Below are positions 1-9,700 of a stretch of 10,134 bases of DNA, piece after piece. How positions within the stretch are numbered: the stretch's first letter is position 1; every line of letters starts with the position of its first letter. Source of the DNA: Anaerohalosphaeraceae bacterium (lineage in GTDB: Bacteria; Planctomycetota; Phycisphaerae; Sedimentisphaerales; Anaerohalosphaeraceae); contig JBNRMN010000039.1 of NCBI GenBank assembly GCA_050309605.1, forward strand, positions 1-10,134, written 5' to 3'. Made by a program: the position numbers and the translations under genes. The notes beneath the pieces were generated by a model, which did not search any database, had not been told where the DNA came from, and saw only the letters and a program-made list of their open reading frames with translations.

Positions 1-2
1 AT

Positions 3-635
3 CGCCGGCACGGACATTACGCTGAGGCGATCAACCTGTTTGAGACGGCATTGGCGTTGATGCCCGATGATGATCAGCAGTTGTCGGCATACACGGGAAT
101 TTCACAATGTTACGCACGACTTGGAAAGTACGAAAAAGTACGTGAGATCGTAAACCTGCTTCTATTTGAGCATGGAGATAATAGGGATATCAACCATTCA
201 ATGTTTGTTATCGGTGAAGAATACTATTTTATTGCCGAAGAAGCATCTGCTGAAGAAGTGCAATTGATTGAAAAATCCTACTTAAATGCCGTTTCTTTGT
301 GGCAAAAACATCTTCAGGGATTACCACATAACAATAATGGAATGTTTGCGTATTATGCCGGTATTGCATTAAGAAGGATTGGACATGATGAAGATGCTAT
401 GGCTTATTTCCAACAGGTAGTTGAGAAGTGGCCGAACTTCTCAAAGGCATGGGACGCACAATTATTAGTCGCTCAATATATAGGCGATAAGAGAGGTAAA
501 GGAATAATTTCGGAAAAAGACGCTGAAGAAAAGATGAAGAATGCCTATGAGAACATAATTCGTCTTTATCCTGACAGCCCTGCTGTCCCGATTGCTCAGC
601 GATGGTTAACCAGGCACAAAAATTCTAATCGTTAA
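3..635 (+). CDS. Tetratricopeptide-repeat (TPR) protein, 5'-truncated by the window edge
   Basis: The frame is open from position 3 (RRHGHYAEAINLFETALALMPDD...), so the TTG at 51 is probably not the true start. Stop TAA is at 633-635. TPR-like helix pairs: AYTGISQCYARLGKYEKVREIV, AYYAGIALRRIGHDEDAMAYFQQVVEKWPN and AYENIIRLYPDSPAVPIAQ. The last resembles the YPxS-type TPRs of BamD/CpoB-like proteins. Confidence 0.88.
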   Translation, partial: RRHGHYAEAINLFETALALMPDDDQQLSAYTGISQCYARLGKYEKVREIVNLLLFEHGDNRDINHSMFVIGEEYYFIAEEASAEEVQLIEKSYLNAVSLWQKHLQGLPHNNNGMFAYYAGIALRRIGHDEDAMAYFQQVVEKWPNFSKAWDAQLLVAQYIGDKRGKGIISEKDAEEKMKNAYENIIRLYPDSPAVPIAQRWLTRHKNSNR

Positions 636-685
636 GATAGTATTTCGATTTTTTCAATATTATATGTTCACGCCGACATAGATAT

Positions 686-689
686 GGAG
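686..689 (+). promoter_or_regulatory. Shine-Dalgarno site for the giant ORF
   Basis: GGAG at 686-689, 7 nt upstream of ATG 697. An in-frame TAG at 679-681 excludes a longer N-terminus. Confidence 0.75.
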
Positions 690-696
690 CCTTAAA

Positions 697-768
697 ATGA
701 AAAAGATTGCCGCTCTAATAATCACAATCAGCTTTTTCAGTTTATTTAATGAGACACTGATGAGTTGT
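697..768 (+). other. N-terminal Sec-type signal peptide
   Basis: MKK basic n-region, IAALIITISFFSLF hydrophobic h-region, then NETLMS-C24. The cleavage site is uncertain. Confidence 0.75.
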
Positions 769-3700
769 CCTTCCGGAGAACCAAGGGCATGGATTAATCA
801 CCCTGGTTCGGAAACAGATACTGATGTTTATATAACAACGGGAACTACGCTACAGTTTAATGGGAGCCTGTCGTATCACACTGACCCAAATCGAGAAATT
901 ACTGGATGGAAATGGGTGATAAACGATCAAGACAATGGCTTCCAGTATAGTCCGACTTATTCTTACTATTTCCATTTGCCGGGAACATATTATCTTCGAT
1001 TGATTGTCAGGGACGATGAGGAGACAGAATCGACAAATGATGATGATTATAGCACTCGAACGATTCATGTTCTCGCTAACTCTCCACCCGTTATAGCAAA
1101 TAGTATTGCCACGGACATTGACAGAATAAGCGCAGTGGTTCACGGTGAATTGCTGGACGTGGATTCGGATGATACGTCGTGTACGGTAAAAGTGTGTTGG
1201 GGCACTGAATTCAAAGACATATTGGATGATTGGGATGAAGTTCAAACGGTTTCAGAAAATCAAACGATTGGGAATTTTTCAAAATTAATCTCGCATATTG
1301 ACGGAGATTTTGAGCCAGGAAAACTTCATTATTATCGATTTCATGCCAAGGGCAATATAACAAATCTTGAAGGATGGGCAGGCATTGAAGATCCCAATTG
1401 TTTTCGTTTTGTATCTCCGCCCGGTCCAACTCGTCATTATCCAGCCCCAGGGAAGGCTTCTGAGTCGAATCTGATCGCCCATTGGGAATTTGAAGGTGAT
1501 GCGACAGATTCAGTGGGTGGCAATGATGGCGTTGCTTATAACATCTCTTGGGAAGATGGGGTTATTGGTCAGGCTGCCAGCTTTAGCGGTTCCGGAAATC
1601 TATACGGTGTACCTCAAAGTTCATTTATAGAAATTGTCGGAAGTGGGACTTATAATACTTATTCGATTTGCTTTTGGTTCCAGACGGATTATTTGTGGTC
1701 TTGGAATAAAATGTTTTGCGATTCTCATGCTGGCGGTTTGAATACGGCAGGACGGCCGGAAATAGGGACAGGAGCAGGAGGTGGATATTTATATCTTGCT
1801 ACCAAAGGAGGAAATAAGGATCAGTGGATTGTTTCTGAGGAGAAATACAATGACGGTAATTGGCATCATGTTGTGGGAACGGTTGATACCTCAACCAACA
1901 TAGCTCAATTATATGCAGATGGTAATTTAATTGCCGAAACAGACATTTTTGACACGTATCCATTGATATTGGATAATTCATATCCAGGTGGGTATACTTA
2001 TCAGGCCGCTTTGAATCGCTGTGAAATTGGCTCTCGGACAGTGGTGAATAAGTATTTTACCGGAAAAATTGATGACTTACGGATTTATGACCGCATTTTA
2101 ACATCTCAAGAAGTCGGTGAAATAACAGGGACATATATCGAAAACATGCCTGTTTCTGCTGTCTTAAGGTGGATACCTGGTCAAAGCGATTACCCGATTT
2201 ACTTCGATGTGTATTTTGGTACTGATGCCGAATCTGTATTGAATGCAGACCATGATTGCGAAGAGTATAGGGGACGTATTAGTATGCCCTCGTACAGACC
2301 GGGAAGGCTGTCTCCGCACACAAACTATTTTTGGCGCATAGATTCGATAGTGCTGGATCCTTATAATAATTACGCAGAGAGAATCACCAAGGGCAATTGC
2401 CCGGACGCACTAAGAGCATTTACCACCGGCGAATCAAGCCCGACGAATGTATATGCTTATTCAGGAGATAACACTGTTTATCTGATCTGGGATATGCCGG
2501 ACGATTCCAATATCGCTCATTATAATATCTATCGCTGGAGCGGAAGTCATTATTCACAGATAGGGTACACGACAGCAAGAGGATTCAAAGACACCTATGC
2601 TTTTAATGGTACTCAGTATCAATATGTCATTACAGCGGTTAATAATGATTCTGTAGAATCAGTTTATTCTGAGGTCGTTTACGCAACGCCACATCCCAAT
2701 GGTTCGAATTACATATTTGTTGATGCAGAAGGCGTTCTCAACGGTGATGGTTCGGTGGACAATCCTTATCGACGGATCGGAGATGCTGTGTATGCCGCAA
2801 ACTCGAATGATGTTGTGGTGATTCGTAAAGGCATCTACGACGATGAGGTGAATACTTATACTCTTATCTCGGATACCATTACGATTCAAGGTGAAAATCC
2901 CTCTGATTGGGATACAGTGAAGCAAACACAAATTGTCAATTATGGGATGGAGTTTGTCAGTGGCTCTCCAACATTAAAGGGGGTTACATTTCGTGATGCC
3001 AATATTAATCCGATTATTATAAACAACTCTAATGGTAACGTATTTATTGAGCAATGTCTGTTTGAAAATAATGTTGGTTGGAAAGGGGGAGCAATACATA
3101 TTACAGATAGTGTAGGCCCCAGCGATAATTATATCAGCAATTGCAAATTCATCTCCAATATTGCCGAAGGTGGATATGGCGGTGCTATTTATTCTTTAAG
3201 AAGTAGATTGTGGTTGACTAATTGCCTTTTTAGTGGGAATTTCGCGACGAATTCAAATGGCGATGCCTTTGGAGATGATATTGCTGTTATGGACTCAAGT
3301 TCGTCAGGCTCTATGCATATTTCATCTAGCACATTCTTTAACACTGAGCCGCCAAGTGCCGGCTCCTCCGATATAAGTGTGTACATGAACAATAGCCGTG
3401 GTTGGTGGGAAGGCAATATTCTATGGAGCAACCGAAATACCGAAGTCTTTCTCGAAAACAACTCAACGCTTCACTTTTACAGTGGTTGCATACCCCAAGA
3501 CGGAATCTACTTTGATGCAACCAGTACAGTGGATATTAACGCTGAATATGTCTTGCACGTAGATCCAAAACTTGACAGTACCGGACGACTACGGCCAGGT
3601 TCACCCTGTATTGACTCGGTTTATTTGGTAGATAGCCTCCCGCTTGATGTTGATATTGATAACAACCCAAGAGTCCAAAACGGCGTCCAGGACATAGGAG

Positions 3701-6700
3701 CGCATGAATATTTGATTAACTCCGTTCCTTATATGACTTCATTTCTCATGTCTCAGGGCTTTGAACACGGCCCCGGAAAGCCCGTTGAGGTGGACGGGTG
3801 GAATGTTAGCGAGGGAGGAAGTGCATCCATCTCCAAGACTTACCCTAGTGGCAATGGTGGGGCTACATCATATCAATACCTGGCCATTGGGAGTTCAACT
3901 ACATATTCCAGAGATTTCCTGTATAATAACACAGCGAACAAGACCCTTAGGATAAGCTGTATTCCATCCGATAATTCACTGATTAACATTGTATGTGGGC
4001 AAGATGTTGTTGCTTCAGTTAAGTTTGACGGCCAGGATAAACAAATCTATGTTTTGAGTGACAATACTTACATTGGTACGGACAAAAATTACGAAGCAAT
4101 CACCGCCGCTTGCCGAAACTACTTGGATGACGACAGTATCGAATCTTATGAGAATGCATGGATTGAGTTTGAAATAACACTGGATTGGCAAAACCAATCC
4201 TATGATGTGAGTTGGAAACACATCGGAGCTATAGGTGGGGAGATTCTGTTTGTGAATGCTGGATTCAATCAGCAATATGACCGATTTACACGGATCGAGC
4301 TTGTTCGTGACGCATCTTATGGTGATGCGTTTGCATTGAAGCGTGTGGCGGTTTCCGACACTTCACATATCGGTGGCTTCTTGGGTGAAGACAAGGACAT
4401 TTGGATTTCTGAGCCTCTTGCGGATATGGCAAATCCGCTCATGGGACATGTGCCCATTATCGGAACGGTGTGGTATCACCGCTTGGGTGAGTATGTCATC
4501 AAGGCTTGTCCGGTTAATGATTACGCTGATCCGCCGCAAGTCATCGTTGTGGGCGATAAAGAAATCGAAATCGACCCATGGATGATCGTGACCCGAGGAT
4601 CTGCTCCGCAAAGGGAAGGCATTCTCGGTTACTGGAACACAATGAGGTTTTACAGCGGCGACTATTATCTTAAACTTGAAGTCTATGACGATTTAGGACG
4701 ACTCATCGCAGAAGAAACCAAGACGAAAACGTTGGTGTATGATGAAGGCAACAGGAGCAAAGAGGTCTTTATTGAATATCCCATCGTCGGCAAATCCAAA
4801 GGCCAAACCTATCACTATGAAGAACGGCCGGATATTACCATCAATTGGCCGGGCAGCTTTCCGTTTGAATTCAAAAGAACCTATAATGACAGCCTTAAAA
4901 ACCAAGTGCTTCCGCTTTTCTTCGGCTGGACGCATAATCATAACATCAGGATTTTTGAAAATTGTTCGACGGATTGGCAAATCGATGCATCCGGAGCGCC
5001 GCAGCGAGATGGTAATGGATTGGGTATAGGAAAGCTGTGGCTCTGTATGCCGCTGGGTGGCCAGTTGTATCAGGGCTATGTCGTCCCCGAAAATCCGAAT
5101 GTCGTTAAATACGTCCCTATCGATATGAAACATTTGGCTCTGGACCAACACCGGGATTATATTCTTCGGGAGGTAACTCATATCGATCAGTCTGAACCCA
5201 ATGCAGTTATCAGCCTGCAATACACCCATTATGCACCGGACGGAATGAAAATGGTCTTCGAGAAGTCCGGCGTTGAGTTGCCATATGACTTTCCGGAGAC
5301 CGAAGGGGTCGTGGACTGGATGGCCTATATTGGAATTAAACGTCAGGAGGATCGTTTCGGCAATGCGTTGGAATATACCTGGGATGCCAACAATCAATAC
5401 CTCCGGGAAATCAGTAATAACCAAACTGAAAACAAAATCATCTTTAGGACGTTTGAAGATGATTACGACTGGGAGTTGCCTGTTCTGCGTCGTTTACAAA
5501 TTGCGTCTGGTGATGAAACGCCTCGCGACGTGATATATTTTTCGGTGTTTCCACATTTAACCGAAGAGAATTGGTTTCTTTATCAATATCAAAAAGTGAG
5601 AGGAGATGGACAGGATATAACAGACCTCTATTTTCCATACCATCTCTCGCAACCTGCTTTTCCTGATCCTTGGGACAGATGGAACCTCAGTACTCTCCGA
5701 CATACTTTGACTTACGAAGATCAATACATTGCAATTCATAGCAGACCACACTTTGGGACTTCCGGTCCCATTGTTGGACATAAATTAACTGATTATCTTT
5801 TCAGAGATGAGAATGGCGCGGTTCGTACTAAGTTTAATCCCTGTGGTACAAGACCAAGGTTTTTGAATAGTTTTCATTATCTTAGACGATATGAGAATAA
5901 GACTGATGAGATAACCGGGAACTCAATCAACACAACAAAGTATTATGCTGTCCATGGGCACTTTGATGGGAACAGACCATGGTCAGAAACTGGTGAACTT
6001 TTTATTGATAACCCTCATCCAAGAAGCGTAATGATAAGAGAGGAGATACACATACTGTCTCCGGAGGGTACACTGATAAAAGAAAAAACAATAACCAATA
6101 AGGCTCATTGGATGTCATGCGATCAGCAGACAGGTATATTTACTGATCGTGACCCCAATACATTCTATGGCGTATTTCCTTTTGTAGAATTTTCGTTTTA
6201 TGCCGGTGAAGGCGGAGTGCGTAATTATGAATATTACTACGAAGACGGAAACTTCCCTGACAAGCCGACAACGATTGTGGAATATCTCGACGAGAAAGGG
6301 GACGGCGAGAATGAAACCGCAGGCAGAGTATTTGCCAATATCTATGATGATTATGGAAATGTTATTCAGGTAAGAATTTATATAGATTCCGAGAGATTTA
6401 TTCTGACCGATTATGAGTATCATCAACGCTATAATTTTCCGGTAAGAAAAGTGAGTTGGCAAGGATATTGCCAAGAGGATAGTTTCGGCACGATAACCAC
6501 CACCGGAGCTCGCATTGAAGAACACTATTTGTACGGCGATCCTAACGGACTATTGGAGGATGAAGGTTATTCCGGGAACTATTTGGTACAGACCAGGGCA
6601 CTTCTTGACGATGGAACATCGCCCGAGCAATGGGCGATCGAACAGCTATATTATTTGCCGAATGGACAAATGAAAGCCAAAGTAGATGCCGAAGATCGAA

Positions 6701-9700
6701 TCACATATTTGGTTTATGATGTCAATGGATATCCGATAAATGTCTGGGAGGGCGCAACTCTGGCCGGCAGCCTTCTGGACGGCACCGAAGTTCCACTTGG
6801 CGACCCACAAAAACGGTATTATCATGACAAGTTTGGATATATGGTACTTGAGGCGAATTATCTTGGTCAGGTTCAATTCTATGTGCGAGACTATCTTGGA
6901 AGGATTATAGAATCGCGAGTCTATGAAGATCCGTACGCGGTGAACCTGACAACAAACTTTGTTCCGGAGTCCTATGACCCGGATGTGACAGATTCAAATG
7001 ATGGAAATCTGTTCAAGTTCAAGGAACGCTTTGGAAAACATAATTATAATGACCAATACCTTGACAGGCGGTTGCCTTATGGAGGCAAAGACAACGAACA
7101 TAGGTATGACCTCCTTCTGGAATACCAGCCTACAGCCAGGACTATCCCACCTGCTTGGTGCTATGAAGGAGTAACCTCTTATGGCTACAGAGATGACGAT
7201 AAAACAATTGTAACCCAAATGACACAATATGGATATAGCCCCAATGGAGGCAGAAAATTTATTTGGCATATTCATGATTCGTTGAATCGTCCATTACATA
7301 TATACGAGCACTGTTCTGGAAAGAACCTCCAGCTCGAACAACACTATGACCATATAACTCGCAGTGAATTTGTTTACCATCCAAGCGGTCAAGCTAAACA
7401 GGAGAAAGTTTATAATGTGAGATTTATTATAGATGAAGACGGGAGTCCGATTTATGACCCGAATTCGATGATGGTTCTGCACAAAGACCCCGTTCTTTTG
7501 AAATTCGAGGAATATCAGTATGACGCGATGGATCGAATGACATCGAAAATCGTCCACACCGTGGAAGAGGACAGTCACGAGCCGCAAACTATTCATTTTG
7601 GTTCTGACGCAGTTGGAAATCAGATTTATGTGATCGATCCAAAAGGCAGCGTTATCTTTATGGACTATGATAATGCCAATCGAAAAGTAGCGGACTATTT
7701 TGCCGTGCCGGCAAATCTGGTATCTTATCACCCAGATGATTCTCTGGACATAGAAACGACTAAAGATCTCCATGCCAAACTTCGTGAATATACCGAATAT
7801 TATCTTGACAACAAGGTCAAGAGCAAGACGCAGTATGATCATGACGGCATCACCGTACTGGCCGTGTCCGAGTTTCTGTATGATTCGAGGGGAAGGATTC
7901 AGACGGTCAAGCAACTCATCAAGGACAATGACGCGGATGGACAAATTAGTGTTGGTGATCACGTTGCGGAGACAAACTATTATTATTCTGATACGCCTTC
8001 GCTGATACATCCAATGGATAGTTCCGGTTGCCACATCCTCATCGAAGATGCAGAGTCTAAAATGACAGGAATTCGTCTGAGCTATCACGGAAAGCCGGAA
8101 AAGATCATCTATCCGTCAGGTGACTACGAAGAATACATCTACTATGATAATGGTTTGCTTGAAAAGAAAGCGGTATGGATACCCGGAGATACCGAGCCCT
8201 ATCATATTACCTATGAGTATAACGAATACGGAAAAATCACAAAAACCGTTTATCCTTGTGGAGGTTCTCTTGAATATGAATACACTCCGCGGATACTTGG
8301 CGAATACGGAAAGATCAAAAAGATCACCGATAAAAGGCACTCCGATGACCGCCCCGGTGGATGGGGATCGACCTACCTGTTTGAATACGACCCAGCAGAA
8401 CGATTACTGTCCTATACCAACCAGGACGGCTTTACGTTCAATTACGACTATAATACGGCCTATAACCGAGTCCATTCCCTTGAAGTCTTGAGTCCATCCG
8501 ATGAGGTGGTGTATGCAGTTCGTTATGATTATGACCTGGCCGGGCGGCTTCGACAGGTCAACGATATGAAAGTCCCGGACCCGAACTTCCCCATTGTCAT
8601 CGCCACATTGGATTATGACGACAATGGCAATCGCAGCGGGCTGACCTACCATCTGGACGGCGACCCGGAAAGCAATTTGACCTATAGCCTGACCTATGCG
8701 CACAGCCCGGACAATTTCCTGCAATCCATCATCACCAGTGCCTATGGGTGTAACAACGAGGCGCACTATGCATTCGATGCGTGGAGCGATGACAGCTATA
8801 TCGATGGTCTGGGCAGACTGTGCGTCGCCCAAGAAATCATCTCTATCCCAGACGAGTCGACTACACAGCAAGGGATATCTTTATGGTGGAGATTCGAAGA
8901 ATGTCAGGGAACGACCGCCTATGACTCAATTAGCGGCAACCATGGACAGATTTACGGCGCTGAACGAGTATCTGGAAAAATAGGCGGTGGACTGGTTTTT
9001 TCAGGATTATCCGGTTACGATGGAGACTTTGTCAAGATTGACAACTTTTCTGACCTTCTGATCGGGCCGGATTATACGGTGTCTTGGTGGGTCAAACCAC
9101 AAAGTCTGGCAATCAAAGAGCTGATTATTCTTGGGAACGACTTTGCCAACCATGATTTTGAGTTTTATCAGTACCATGGAAATCTGCGTATTCGTGCAGA
9201 TTATGGTTCAGGTTATGACATTGAAGTTCCCGGCGTCTTTGTCGCAGGTCAATGGGTTCATATTTGTGTGGTTGGCGATATTAACGGGACATCGGTTTAT
9301 ATCAACGGTGTTTTAAGCGGTTTCACAGGTGTGGCTAAAAGCTCAACATATGGCTACAGCCTCTGTGTTGGCGCCTATCCCGATGGCCAGTACGGTTTTA
9401 ATGGTGTCATTGATGAAGTGCGGGTTATGGGTTACGCCCTGTCATCAAATGAAGTAGCGTTACTATTCCAGAATTCGAGTTTGGCCTTTGTATATGAATA
9501 CGATATGATGAGCCAACTTACGGGTGCGGCGGGATATGGCGTCGGCGGCTATGAGTATGTTTATGAGCAGTTCGACTATACCAAAGACGGCAATATTAAT
9601 CAGTACACTCGGTCCGTCAAGGAGTATGGTTATAATCCATCCAGCGAGATTAGCGGTTTCGGCTATGTCGGTGACCTGATGACCGGGGCGACCGGCGACA

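Noticed and set aside
51..53. TTG start proposed by the ORF track for the TPR gene
   Set aside because: The frame is open to the window edge and the upstream codons continue a TPR helix, so the real start is probably outside the window.
636..696. Promoter or terminator in the AT-rich spacer; mini-ORFs MFTPT (664-681) and MEP (684-695)
   Set aside because: TATTAT-like hexamers are present but there is no properly spaced -35 and no convincing hairpin. The mini-ORFs are of a length expected by chance.
8224..8322. Near-duplicate gaatacggaaa(a/g)atca (EYGKITK / EYGKIKK)
   Set aside because: Explained by neighbouring YD repeats. It is too short, with only two copies, to suggest a CRISPR array or a DGR template/variable repeat pair.
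8641..8697. Three tgaccta copies (LTY x3)
   Set aside because: Short coding-level repetition within YD strands with irregular spacing.
8872..9471. Intein or mobile element as the identity of the insert
   Set aside because: There is no C/S...HN intein splice signature at the junctions, no transposase or terminal repeats, and the motifs are clearly LamG.
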